Assembly: GCF_004010195.1 (NCBI RefSeq)
Contig: NC_057750.1
Span: 18,514,542 to 18,578,541 of the forward strand
DNA length: 64,000 nucleotides
Direction of reading: 5' to 3'
DNA from: Chiloscyllium plagiosum
Taxonomy: Eukaryota
The translations under genes were made by a program, and so were the position numbers. This document shows positions 13,151 through 25,255 of the stretch, piece after piece. Numbering within the stretch: the first letter of the stretch is position 1; each line of letters begins with the position of its first letter. Under the pieces are notes generated by a model. The model did no database searches. It had not been told where the DNA came from and saw nothing but the letters and a program-made list of their open reading frames with translations.

Positions 13151-13604
13151 ATGATGATTCGGATCCTGGGTCTAATGACACTGTTACACTGTAAGGGATT
13201 TTCTCAAACAATGGTTGTGCTCATGAGCTTTTTATTCATCGCTATCTTTCTCTGTTGCCCTAATTGTCTCCATTTACTGACTTCATCTCCTCCCTGTCTC
13301 TGTTGCAGTCGTGGATTCGCAGATAATCCAACAAATTCCCGCTGCTGTCTCCAAAATTCCCGGGGAGAATGTGACTCTGAAGTGCACCGTGCAAGGGATC
13401 AGCAACACTTGGATGTATTGGTACAGGCAAAGCCCCGAAAAAGAGCCGCAGTACATGTTTCACTCCGCAGGTAGCAATATCGTAAGTCCCGATGAACCGG
13501 TGGACGGTTTCACCGCCGAGCGACCCGGTGACACCGAATTTAATCTGGAAGCCCTCAGCCTCCGAGTTGATCATTCAGCCGTGTATTTCTGCGGCTGGAG
13601 TCTT
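13151..13604 (+). CDS. TRBV: TCR V segment V2 (subfamily B). Leader 13151-13190, V exon 13309-13604
   Basis: Leader MMIRILGLMTLLH, GTAAG donor, TTGCAG acceptor, VDSQIIQQIP..LKC..WMYWYRQ..AVYFCGWSL. Confidence 0.9.
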
Positions 13605-13643
13605 CACAGTGACTCAGAGAGAATCAGCAGTTCAACAAAAACC
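13605..13643 (+). promoter_or_regulatory. 23-RSS of V2
   Basis: CACAGTG-23 nt-ACAAAAACC. Confidence 0.97.
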
Positions 13644-13721
13644 CCAAACTGCAGCTGGAAACAAAGCTGTTTCCTCTCACCGCAGATCTTTGAGTTTAAG
13701 GAGAGATCATGTTCAATAAAA

Positions 13722-14510
13722 GTCATAGCGTCACAGAGACGTACAGCACGGAAGCAGACCCTTGGGTCCAACTTGTCTATGTCGACCAGATATCCCAACC
13801 CAATCTAGTCCCACCTGCCAGCACCCGGCCTACATCCCTCCAAACCCTTCCTATTCATATACCCGTCCAGATGGCTCTTTAATGTTCCAATTGCACCAGA
13901 CTTCAACACTTCCTCTGGCAGTTCATTCCATACACGCACCACCCTCTGCGTGAAAATGTTGTCCCTCAGGTCTCTTTTATATCTTTCCCTTTTCACCCTA
14001 AACCTATGCCCTCTAATTCTGGACTCCCCCAACCCAGGAAAAAGACTTTGTCTACTTATCGTATCCATGCCTCTCGTGATTTTATAAATCTCTATAAGGT
14101 CACCCTCTCAGCCTCCGACGCTTCAGGGAAAACAGCCCTAGCCTATACAATCTCTCCCTGTAGCTCAAATCCTCCAACCCTGGCAACATCCTTGCAAATC
14201 TTTTCTTAACCCTTTCAAGTTCCACAACATCTTTCCGATAGGAAGGAGACCAGAATTGTACGCAATATTCCAACAGTGGCCTAACCAATGTCCTGTACAG
14301 CCGCAACATGACCTCCCAACTCCTGTACTCAGTACTCTGACCAATAAAGGAAAGCATACCAAACGCCTTCTTCACTATCCTATCTACCTGCGACTCAACT
14401 TTCAAGGAGCTATGAACGTGCACTCCAAGGTCTCTTTGTTTAACAGCACTTCCCAGGACCTTACCATTAAGTGTATAAGTCCTGCTCTGATTTGGTTTCA
14501 CAAAATGTCG
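13722..14510 (-). mobile_element. CR1 LINE 3' part
   Basis: RDLGVHVH..LYRTLVRPLLEYCVQFWSP..TQRVVRVWNELP; ATGAC tail. Confidence 0.92.
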
Positions 14511-14769
14511 CACCAAAAGTGAATGATGAAATTGAGTAGAGCTGGAGAAATTGCCAACAAAAGTGAACAATTCAGAGACGTTTTAACTTTCCGGAAAGCT
14601 GAATATGTCGCAGGTCTGAAGAATATCTATTCCAGACTCGACGGCAATAATTCTCTCCCCCTTTCGCTCCACAGACGTTGCCAGATCTGCTGAATTTCTC
14701 CAGCATTCTTGAGGTTTTGTTTCAGATTTCCAGCAATCTCAGTATTTTGCTTTTAATAGCTGAACGTAC

Positions 14770-15920
14770 ATAGACGCATGGAAGACAGAAGAGGCTCTTC
14801 GAGAGTGTTCCACCATTAATCACCATCGTGGTTGATCGTCCTACTGAATCGCCTAATCCTGTTTTCTTCCCATAACCTTTCATCCCATTCGCCTTCTCTT
14901 GAATACATTCAATGTTTTGACATTAATTTCTTTCCGTAATTCCACAGGCTCACCATTTTTTGTTGAAGAAATATCTGCTAATCTGCGTCCTAAATGGTCC
15001 AGTCCAAATCCTCAGAGTTTGACCCCTGACTCTGGACACACCCACCATCGAGAACATCCTCCCTGCACCTGCCCTATCTAGTCCTGTTAGAACTTTATAA
15101 GTGTGTATGAAATCCCCCCTCATTCCAATGAACTCCCGTGAAAACAACCCTAACCTAGTCAATCTCTCCTCATACGTCAGTCCCGCCATCCCCGGTATCA
15201 GTCAGGCAAACCTTCACTGCACTCCCTCGAGAGCAAGAGCATCCTTCCTCAGAAAAGGACACAAGAACTGCACACAAGGCCCTGCATAACTGCGACAACA
15301 TATTCCCGGTCTTTTACTCGAAACCTCTCGCTATGAAGACCATTTGCCTTGTTTACCGCCTGCTGCACCTGTGTGCTTACCTTCAGCAACTGGCGCACAA
15401 GGACACCCAGGTGCCGCTGCACACCCACCTCTCACTACTCACAGCCATTCAGGCAGTAAACCTGCCTTTTTGTTTTTGCTTTCCAAGTGAATAACCTCAC
15501 AGTTACTCAAATTATATTGTTTCTGCCATTAATTTTCCCACTCACCCAACCTGTCCAGACCATGCTGAAGGATCTCTTCATGCTCGTCACAGTTCACCCT
15601 TCCACCCAACTTGGTATCAACTGCAAACTTTGATATGTTACATTTTGTTCCCTCATCCAAATCATTAAAAATATGTGAATAGCTGGTCTTCTAGCACAAA
15701 TCCACGTTGCACCGCATTGTTTACTGCCTGCCAATTTGAAAAGGACCGAATAATTCTTACTATTTATGTCCTCTCTATCAATCACTTTTTCTATCCAGTT
15801 GAATACACCTCCCCCAATCGCATGTTCTTTAATTTTGCACAATGATCTCTTCTGCGGGACTTTGTCAAATTCTTTCTGAAAGTCCAAGACCACATCGACT
15901 AGCTCCCCCCTTGCTGCTTC
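14770..15920 (-). mobile_element. Older CR1 fragment, duplicated with the V3/V4 unit
   Basis: DFQKEFDKVP remnant; paralogous copy at 18145-19020. Confidence 0.8.
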
Positions 15921-16216
15921 ATCGAGAAATGAATATGAACAGCCGTCCTTATACATTTATTAGAAAAGGATTAGCATATAAAAGCGGAGAGATGTATTGC
16001 AGATTTATTAATCCCTCCTTTGGATGTTGCTGTTCCTGGCAGTTCCCTGTCAGCCAATTAGGAGATGCGGGGCGGGGCGGGGCGGGGCTGATCTGGTGAC
16101 GGGACTATCAATCTCACTGGCCGGGACCTGGATATCAACCAAAGTGAGGAACGGATATTTCCAATGTTTTCTTACCAGTGACCAAGGTCGTTTGAAAGGG
16201 AACCTTAAAATTGAAG

Positions 16217-16720
16217 ATGTATCTGTTCCTGGCTCTCTTCATGTTTCACCGTAAGGTTCTGCGCAAATACAAAACTCCTTTATCCATCATCTAGTTTGTT
16301 TCCACTGCCTCCTTCTTCCTGCTGGTTTTCTTTATACTCCCGCTTGTCTCTTTTTCACTTAATTTATCTCGTTTCTTTTTTTTTTCAATTTCCTGACCTC
16401 GGCCTCTCCCCATCTTTGCCTCAGATGTGAAGTCGCAGACTATCCACCAGACTCCCGCCGCCGTCTCCCAACTCCCAGGGACGAGAGTGAAGCTGCAGTG
16501 CCGTGTGGAGACAGCAAGTATCGTCAGCATGTTCTGGTACAGACCAGCCCCGGGAAAGGGGCTGCAGCTGATGTTTTACTCCAGTACTGCAAATCGCGTG
16601 GATCCAAAGGGGCCGGTGGACGGTTTCACCGCCGAGAGACCAAATAACAACGAGTTTAACCTGGAAGCCCTCAGCCTGTTGGTGAACACCTCGGCAGTGT
16701 ATTACTGCGCTTGGAGTCTA
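16217..16720 (+). CDS. TRBV: TCR V segment V3 (subfamily A). Leader 16217-16250, V exon 16425-16720
   Basis: Leader MYLFLALFMFH, GTAAG/CCTCAG splice sites, VKSQTIHQTP..LQC..WYRP..AVYYCAWSL. Confidence 0.9.
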
Positions 16721-16759
16721 CACAGTGACTCAGCGAGAAGGAGCAGCTCAACAAAAACC
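16721..16759 (+). promoter_or_regulatory. 23-RSS of V3
   Basis: CACAGTG-23 nt-ACAAAAACC. Confidence 0.97.
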
Positions 16760-18144
16760 CCCAAAGGTTGCACGAAACAACCGCGAATGACATCACTCAT
16801 CGCCTCGGCTCATTGTGCTGGTGTCTATTTTGCAAACGGAGCATTTTGTTCTGTTAATTAAGAGCAATGGGTGAAAGGCAGAACACAGGAGATGCATAGA
16901 AAGACTTGTCAGGGATGACGTCAGAAAGGACAGGTTATAACTGACCAAAAACTGGGAGGTTGGAATGCTCTCTCCAGAATCGGCCGATGCGCCCTGATCA
17001 AGATTTAAAAACATTTACGCGAGTTGTTAGGGAAGTCGTAACGAATAGATTTCCACTTTTCTACGTGGGTGTGGGGTTTGAAATGGGACGCATTTGTTAA
17101 AGACAATGAGTGAGAAATGCAATGGGATATTCAGGAGATTTCTTTACCCTGGCAGTGATGTGAGTGTGGGACTTGCTTTCATGGTTGGAGCGACTGTCGT
17201 AGCTAGGGACGCCAGATGAGGGAGAATGAAATGAAATCATTTGTTGATGGATGAAAGTTAATGTTAATGGGAAGAGAGTGATGCATAAACAGCACACTCA
17301 GAGGCAGGTTGAGCGGCGTGCGTGTGTGATGTACATTTACAGCGAGGAGCAGAAATATCAAAATTATAGGAATTAATTTATTCCTCACAGGATGTAGACC
17401 TCAGTGTCATTTCTTACTCATCCTTAGTTACCCTTGAACTGAATGCCTTACTAGGCCATTTGAAGGGGCAGTTAAGGGTCAACCATATTGGTGTGGGTAT
17501 GGAGTCACATGTCGACCAGACTGGGTATGTGACCCCATATGTTATTTCTCCAGTGTATTCTTTTTACAGCAAAGCCATGATGGTTAAGATCATGATCATT
17601 GAGACAAGCTGTCATTTTCAAATTTCATTCATTGAATTGTTGTGGTGAGATTTAAACTTAAGTCAGCAAAGCACGAGCGGGGGCTCGGGGATTAATAGCC
17701 TGGTTACATGATCATCACTTCACCAGCTCCCCAAAAACAATCTGTTGTAAGGAAACAGCTTGGCGAGGGAGTCGCGCAATAATTAGTTTGGCATAAGCGT
17801 GACTGAATGATTCTGAACATGGCCCTCTCTACACTTTCCCTCGAGTGAGCTTGGTAAATCTTTCAAGCGAGTGCCGAGATATGTAATGAAGACAGTTCTC
17901 TAGAGCGGGAATGTGCAATCACTTTTGTATGGACAAAAGATGCTGATGAAGAAGACAGCGACACAACGAAGGAAAGAGAAACCAAAGCAGGAAAGGAAAT
18001 AAGAATTCTTGGTATTTCTTCCAGAGATGGTGTTCAGACAGCAGACGGAGCGCTACTACCATGTAATTGATCAGTTGGAGAGGAACAGTAGGTGGCCATT
18101 CAACCTGTTACACAGGCACAGAAGGAATCCATTAACAACCAGCT

Positions 18145-19020
18145 CTGCCCAGTCCTGTTAGAATGTTATAAGTCTCTATGAGATCTCCCCTCATTCCCAT
18201 GAACTCCAGTGAAAACAATCCTAACGCAGTTAATCTCTTCATTCATCAGTCCGGAATCAGCCTGGCAAACCTTCACTGCACTCCCTCGAGAATAAGAGCA
18301 TCCTTCCTCAGAAAAGGATACAAAAACTGCACATAATATTCCAGGTATGGCTTCACCAGGGCCCTGTATAACTGCAACAACACATCACCGGTCTTTTACT
18401 CAAAACCTCTCGCTGTGAAGACTATTTGCCTTCTTTACCGCCTGCTGCTCCTGCGTGCTTACCTTCAGCGACTGGTGTACAAAAACACCCAGGTGCCGCT
18501 GCACACTTCCCCCTCACTATTTGCAGCCATCCAGACAGTAAGATGCCTTTTTGTTTTTGCTTTCCAAGTGAATAACCTCACAGTTATTCAAATTATATTG
18601 TTTCTGCCATTAATTTGCCCACTCACCCAACCTGTCCAGACTATACTGAAGGATCTATGCATCCTCGCCTCAGTTTATTCTCCCACCCAAATGGTATCAA
18701 ATGTAAACTTTGAGATGTTACATTTTGTTCCCTCATCCAAATCATTGATATATATTGTGAATAGCTGGGGTCCTAGCACCGATTGGTGGGACACTCTTTA
18801 CTGCCTGCCAATCTGAAACTGACCCATTACTTCTATGTTCTATGTTCATATTCTTTGAGTCCTATCTGCCAACCAGTTTTTTTTTTATCCATCTGAATAC
18901 ACTTCCCCCAATCCCAGGCACTTTAATCTTGCATAATCAACTCTTACGCGAGATTTTGTCAAATGTTTTCTGAAAATTCAAATTTACCACATCGACCAGC
19001 TCCCCCTTGTCTGCTTCATG
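18145..19020 (-). mobile_element. Older CR1 fragment (paralog of 14770-15920)
   Basis: Colinear similarity to 15080-15920. Confidence 0.8.
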
Positions 19021-19302
19021 TCTGCTTCACCGAGAAATACGTTTATTAGAAAAGGGGTAGCGTGTAAAAGTGGAGAGCCTTATTGCAGATTTATTAATCC
19101 CACCTTTGGATCTTGCTGTTCCTGGCACTTCCCCGTCAGCCAATTAGGAGGTGAGGAGCGGGGCTGATCTTGAGACGGGGCGGGACTATCAATATGACTG
19201 GGCGGGACCGGGATGTCACTCAAAGTAAGGAGCGAAGCGATATATTTCCAATGGTTTCTTACCAGTGACCAAGGTTTTTGAAAGGGAACTTTAAATTTGA
19301 AG

Positions 19303-19820
19303 ATGTATCTATTGCTAGCTCTCTTCATCATGTTTCACCGTAAGGGTCGGCATATATACAAAACCTTACCCAACATCTAACTCTCTTTTCACTGGCTCTC
19401 CGTGTCTCCGGCTGTTTTTCCCTATTATCTCTCTTTTACTGAATTCATCTTGTTTCTTTTTTTTAACTGCAAGACCACACGTGTTCAATTTTCTAACCTC
19501 TGCCTCTTCCTATCTATTCCCCAGATGTGAAATCTCAGACAATCCACCAGACCCCCGCCGCCGTCTCCCAAATCCCAGAGACGAGAGTGAAGCTGCAGTG
19601 CCGTGTGGAGACAGCAAGTACCATCAACATGTTCTGGTACAGACAAGCCCCGGGAAAAGGGCTGCAGCTGATGTTTTACTCCAGTATCACAAATCACGTG
19701 GATCCAAAGGGGCCGGTGGACGGTTTCACCGCCGACAGACCAAATAACAACGAGTTTAACCTGGAGACCCTCAGCCTTTTGGTGAACAACTCGGCCGTGT
19801 ATTACTGCGCCTGGAGCATT
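19303..19820 (+). CDS. TRBV: TCR V segment V4 (subfamily A; open frame but aberrant RSS). Leader 19303-19339, V exon 19525-19820
   Basis: Leader MYLLLALFIMFH, GTAAG/CCCCAG splice sites, intact V exon ending AVYYCAWSI. Confidence 0.9.
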
Positions 19821-19862
19821 CACAGTGACTCAGAGAGTCAGTGACTCAGCTCTACAAAAACC
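19821..19862 (+). promoter_or_regulatory. Aberrant RSS of V4 (26-bp spacer)
   Basis: CACAGTG + ACTCAGAGAGTCAGTGACTCAGCTCT (26 nt) + ACAAAAACC. Confidence 0.9.
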
Positions 19863-20799
19863 TCAAAGGTTGCACGAAACAACCGCGAATGACATCACTC
19901 ATCGCCTCGGCTCATCGTGCAGGTGTGTATGTTCAAACGGAACATTTTGTTCTGTTAATTAAGAGCAATGGGTGAAAGGCAGAACACAGGAAGACTTGTA
20001 AAGATGACATTAGAGAGGACAGGTTATAACTGACTGGAGGTTCTATAGAATCGGCTGAGGTATCCGGATAAACCTTAAAAAGATTATCGTGGGTTGTTAG
20101 GGAATTCGTAACGAATAAATTTCCACTTTTCTGCGTGGGAGTGGGATTTAAAATTTGTTAAAGACAATGAGTGTGGAATGCCATGGGATATTCAGGAGAT
20201 TTCTTTATCTGGCAGTGATGAGAGCGTGGGACTTGCTTTCATGGTTGGAGCGACAGCTGTTACCAGGAAGCCAGATGAGGGAGAATGAAATGAAATAATT
20301 TGTTGATGGATGAAAGTTAATGTTAATGGGAAGACAGTGATGCATAAACAGCAGCACTCAGACGCGGGCTGAGTGTACATTCCACCCATTTACAGTGTGG
20401 AGCAGAAATATCAACATTATGGGAATTAATTTATTCCTCACAGGATGTAGATCTCAGTGTCATTTGTTACTCATCCTTAATTGCCCTTGAACTGAATGCC
20501 TTACTAGGTCATTTGAAGAGGCAGTTAAGGGTCAACCATATTGGTGTGGGTGTGGACCAGACTGGATTGGTGACCCCATATTTTATTTACCCAATGTATT
20601 CTTTTTACAGCAAAGCCATGATAGTTAAGATCACGATCGCTGAGACAAACTGTCATTTTCAAATTTCATTCATTGAATTGTTGTGGTGAGATTTAAACTT
20701 AAGTCAGCAAAGCACGAGCGGGGGCTGGGGGATTAATAGCCCGGTTACATGATCATCACTTCACCAGCTCCCCAAAAACAATCTGGTAAGGAAACACAG

Positions 20800-21014
20800 G
20801 GCGAAAGTGAGGACTGCAGATGCTGGAGATCAGATTCAAGATTAGTGTGGTGCTGGAAACGCACAGCAGGTCGGGCACCAACGGAGGAGCAGGAAAATCG
20901 ATGTTGTGTGCAGAAGCCCTTCATCGGCCCTTCCTGATGAAGGGCTTTTGCCCGGAACGTCGATTTTCCTGCTCCTCGAATGCTGCTTTGCTTTCCCAGT
21001 ACCACTCTAATCTT
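20800..21014. mobile_element. Palindromic Penelope-derived mini-element
   Basis: Inverted arms; degenerate 15-bp TSD GGTA[AT]GGAAACA[CT]AG (20785-99, 21015-29); empty paralogous site near 17745. Confidence 0.8.
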
Positions 21015-22582
21015 GGTATGGAAACATAGTTTGACGAAGGAGTTACGCAATAATTAGTTCGGCATTCGCATAACGGAATGACTTTGAACTTGGCCCTCTC
21101 TTCTGTTGGCCTCTCGTGAGTTTGTACCTTTCAAGCGATTGCCTAGATTTGTAATGAAGACGGTTCGCTAGAGCAGGAGTGTGCAAAAGATTCCACAAAT
21201 CACTTTAGTCATTAAGTGTTGTATGGACAAAAGATGCTGATGAAGAAGACAGCGACACAACGAAGGAAAGAAAAATCAAAGCAGGAAAGGAAATAAGAAT
21301 TGTTGGTATTTCTTCCAGAGATAGTGTTCGGACAGCAGAGGGAGCGCTACTACCATGTAATTGATCAGTCGGAGAGGAACAGCAGATGGCCATTCGACCT
21401 GTTACACAGGAACAGAAGGAACTCATTTACAACCAGCGCTCTTTTACACTGGAACGCATCCAGATATTGTTTCCTGTTTAATCAATCTGTTATGACACAC
21501 CTCAGTGTCCATTAAGTCCTGAACTGGGACTTGATCTCGGTAGTGACACTGCCACTGAGCAGCTCAGAAACGATTAATTAGCAAAAAAGAAATCGACTAT
21601 TAGCTTTTCTGATTCGCGAATATTCAGGAGGCAAACAGACCTTTTATTAGCTTTTGTTAAATGAACATCTCTTTCGGAACTGAAAGGAGGGGAGCAGTTC
21701 GTACATGTGTCTTAGAAAGCCTGAAAGATTGATGGGAAACTCGGAATGTTTTCCAACAATGCCAAAGTTATCTGCAGGCGAGCTAGGAGTGGTATGATGA
21801 GAAACGTCTTTACTCAGAAACGAAAAGGAAAACCAAAAGTTGCTGGAAAATTTCTGCAGGTCTAGCAGCATCTGCGGAGAGAAATCAAGAGTTAACGTTT
21901 CGGGTGGAGTGGCCCTTCCTCGGAACTGATGATAGCTAGAAAAATGTCGGTTTATATGCAGAAAGTAGAGTGTGGAGAGGGGTTAAGGAGTAAACGGTAG
22001 GTGAGGATAGAGACCAAAAAAAGAGAGAATAGTAGCACAGACAAAGGAGTGGATAACAATCCAGTCAGGGGGTGAATTGTTATCAATGAGGACTGTTATT
22101 GAATAACAATAGGTCGTGTGTAACAGCAGACTATGTGTTAACAAGGCCTGGTGCGTGGGTGCTCGGGTAATGATATGGAAGCGCTTAGACCCTCAAGTTG
22201 TTCACTTGGAGTTGTTAGGATTTGAAACGTGCTGTCTGGGAGAGTGGAGTTGGTGGATTCCTTAAGACTGTTCAAAGAGGAGCTGATATATATATATACT
22301 TGCAAGCGATGAATTTAAAAGTCTACAGAGATTGGATTAAATTTTTGGTTTAAGAAAGGCAGATTTTAACAGAATGAGGCAGATACTGTCCATGGTAAAC
22401 TGGGAAGGTCTGCTAACAGGTAAAATACGCATGTTAGTTCCGATTGGTTGAAGGGTCTGGGGGTGTGTTCAATCCATCCCTCCCCTTAAAACCTTGATGT
22501 ATCCCTCAACAGCTTGAAAACAGTGGACTGGTTCTCCAGAAGACGTCGAACGCTGTGCCTGCAAACGGAAAATTTCAAGCAA

Positions 22583-23032
22583 ATGATGAATCTGATCTTG
22601 GGTGTAATGACTCTGTTTCACTGTAAGAGATTTTCTCAAATATGCGTTTTGTTTATGAACTTTCTTTTATTGCTACATGTCTTTGCCCTAATTGTCTTCA
22701 TGTACCGACCTCATCTTCTCCCTGTCTCTGTTCCAGTCGTGGATTCGCAAATAATCCAGCAGATTCCCGCCGCTTTCTCCAAAATGCCAGGGGAGATGGT
22801 CGTTTTGAGGTGCACAGTACAAGGCACCAGCAACCCTTACATGTACTGGTACAGACAACGTCCAGGGAAGGAGCCGCAGTTCATGTTTTACTCCACAGGT
22901 CGCAGTATCGTAACTCCAGGCGAAACGGTAGACGGTTTCAAGGCCGATCGACCGAGTAACACCGAGTTTAATCTGAAATCCCCCACCCTCCTCGTCAATC
23001 ATTCGGCTGTATATTTCTGCGCCTGGAGTCTT
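22583..23032 (+). CDS. TRBV: TCR V segment V5 (subfamily B). Leader 22583-22622, V exon 22737-23032
   Basis: Leader MMNLILGVMTLFH, GTAAG/TTCCAG splice sites, VDSQIIQQIP..LRCTVQGTSNPYMYWYRQ..AVYFCAWSL. Confidence 0.92.
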
Positions 23033-23071
23033 CACAGTGAGTCAGAGAGAGGGAGCAGCTCAACAAAAACC
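23033..23071 (+). promoter_or_regulatory. 23-RSS of V5
   Basis: CACAGTG + AGTCAG.. (23 nt) + ACAAAAACC. Confidence 0.97.
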
Positions 23072-23504
23072 CCAAACAGCAGCTGGAAGCAAAGATGTTT
23101 CCTCTCACCGCAGACCTTTGACATTAAGAGATCAGTTCCAATGAAAGTAGATAATGAAATTGAGTAGCGCTGGAGAAATTGCAAACAAAAGTGAACAATT
23201 CTGAGAAGATTTAACTTTCAGGGAAACTGAATATGTCTCAGATCTGGAGACGTTATACTAGACTCGAAGCATCAACCCTCCCCCTTTCTCCCCACAGACG
23301 TTGCCGAATTTCTCTAGCATTCTATGCTTTTTCAGATTTCCAACATCCCCTCAGTATTTTGATTTTATTGGGTGAACATATCGGCCTCGTTGAGAAATTC
23401 GTTTTCCTGCAAAATGAATATCATGTAAAAGTGGAGAGCTGTATTGTAGCGCCATGGTGAGACCAGGTCTGGAGTACTGATTGCAGTCTTTTCCTTAGTT
23501 GAAA

Positions 23505-23732
23505 AAAGGTGAGGTGGAACAGAAATGCACCTGGAATGTACTGGTACAGACAATCCCTCAGAAATGAGCTACAGATTGTACTTTACTCTGATGCTGCACA
23601 CCATTTCAATCCAAAGGAAGAGCATAAGCGGTTTCTCTGTCAAGCAACTGAGTGACTCTGAGTTCAAACAGATGTCCCCCACCATCCCCCCTCCTGGCGA
23701 AAGCCCCATCTGGAGTTGTCACAGTGACTCAG
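23505..23732 (+). pseudogene. Decayed V relic with orphan heptamer
   Basis: GAGGTGGAACAGAAATGCAC..ATGTACTGGTACAGACAA..AGTGACTCTGAGTTCAA..TGGAGT; CACAGTG (23720-26) followed by ACTCAG, rest of spacer and nonamer deleted. Confidence 0.8.
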
Positions 23733-24169
23733 GGCAGGAAACACCTGTTAACGATAAAACAAGGCGCAGCAACATTTTGTTTCTCTTCTGAAGACTCCAA
23801 AATAAAGGTTATTTTGAAAGCGAGGGAATAGATTTAGAGTCTCTGGCAAGCAGGGTAATGAAGATGACTAAGGGAGATCTGAACTGGAACATTTAACAGT
23901 CAAAAGGGATGTATAGACGGTGCTCTAGGGCCATGAACAAAAACGATACTGGTACATGGTGGGACAGGAATGCAAGTACAGGGGAAGCCATTTGGTTCTT
24001 CTGTACTGTATCTGAAATACCTCCATTCACCAAGTCACCCATTATTTACACGTGAATAGTACATGAGGCTGACCCAGCTAGCACCGAGCCGTCTCATGGA
24101 GTAGGCAGAACCCTTGATACCCTCATTTATCTTTTTTTAAATGAGAAACAGGATGTCTGACACCCCATG

Positions 24170-25255
24170 TTCTTTTTTTCTTTATTTTCCCCCACACCAC
24201 TGCCTAACAGCGATAGTGCTTATTGCTCCCCAGCACCCATATTGTGTGTGTGCAGGTGTAGGATGCAGTGAAGAACAACAAGTGTGTAAATCTTTATTTA
24301 CATTCCACCACCAGGAAGAAGGGAAACATCAGAGTGGCCGGTGACAAGCATTGCCCTTCTCAACAAAGGGCAAAGCTGCGTGATAAAAAAGGTGAAGGAG
24401 AGGGCAGGGATTAAATCAAAATAGAGTTGGAGGAAGAAATAAAACCCTCCACTCCCTGCTGTACCCACCTTTCCCTGGACAGCTCAAATGTGTTAATGGG
24501 CGCTGTGTGCTCCTTCTTCAGGGACACACTTGCTCGAACGTAACCACAGAAGACGGGGAGGCAACCCCTTCTAAGGCCTTCTGCTTGGGCCTGTTTTGAC
24601 CAGTTTGGCCAGGCCCAGGAGCAGACCCACGAGGAGGTCTTGTGACCTACCTTCCCACCTCCACACTGCGTGCCCAAAGATCTGGAGCGATTATTTGATA
24701 TATTGTTTCAGAACCCCTGACTCTCCTTACTAATTTTTTCTTTCCTTTTCTTCTAGTTTTAAAAGCCAAACACCGGTATGCTTATTTTTCTCAGCACCGT
24801 GTCGTATGTGTGCAGGTGTCAGACATAGTGAGAAACCATAAATGTGTAAGTCTTTATTTATATTTCACCACCAGGAAGAAAAGAGACAGCCAAGTGGCCA
24901 CTGACAAGCAGTGCCCTTCTCAGAGGGAAATGCTGCATGATCAAACAGTGAAGGGGATGGCAGGGAGTAAATCAAAATAGAGTGGGAGGGGGAAATAAAT
25001 CACTCCACTCCCTGTGGTGCCCACATCTCCCTGAAATCTCCAGGGTGTTAGTGGACACCACGTGCTCCTTCTTCAGGGACACCCGGACTCTGACATAAGA
25101 GGGGCAGGCAACTGGCCCTAACGAGCCCCTCCATGGCCGGCTGCCTGAATCTGTTTATGGCCAGTTTGGCCAGGTCCAGGAGCAGACCCACAAGGTGGTC
25201 CTCTGACCTACCCTCCCCACTCCGCATTGGGTGCCTAAAGATCAGGAACGATACC
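24170..25255 (-). mobile_element. Two tandem L1-Tx1-like 3' ends
   Basis: Minus-strand LVGLLLDLAKLAINRFRQ / GYVRASVSLKKEH..FELSRERW; T-rich tails at the left ends. Confidence 0.7.

Noticed and set aside
19837-19862. Cryptic 12-RSS inside the V4 spacer (GTCAGTG..ACAAAAACC)
   Set aside because: It lacks the essential CAC and the spacing is 10 nt.
10307-23035. Recurrent antisense ORFs over V exons (MNAPGAVIHGR..)
   Set aside because: By-product of paralogous, GC-rich V codons. No independent gene signals.
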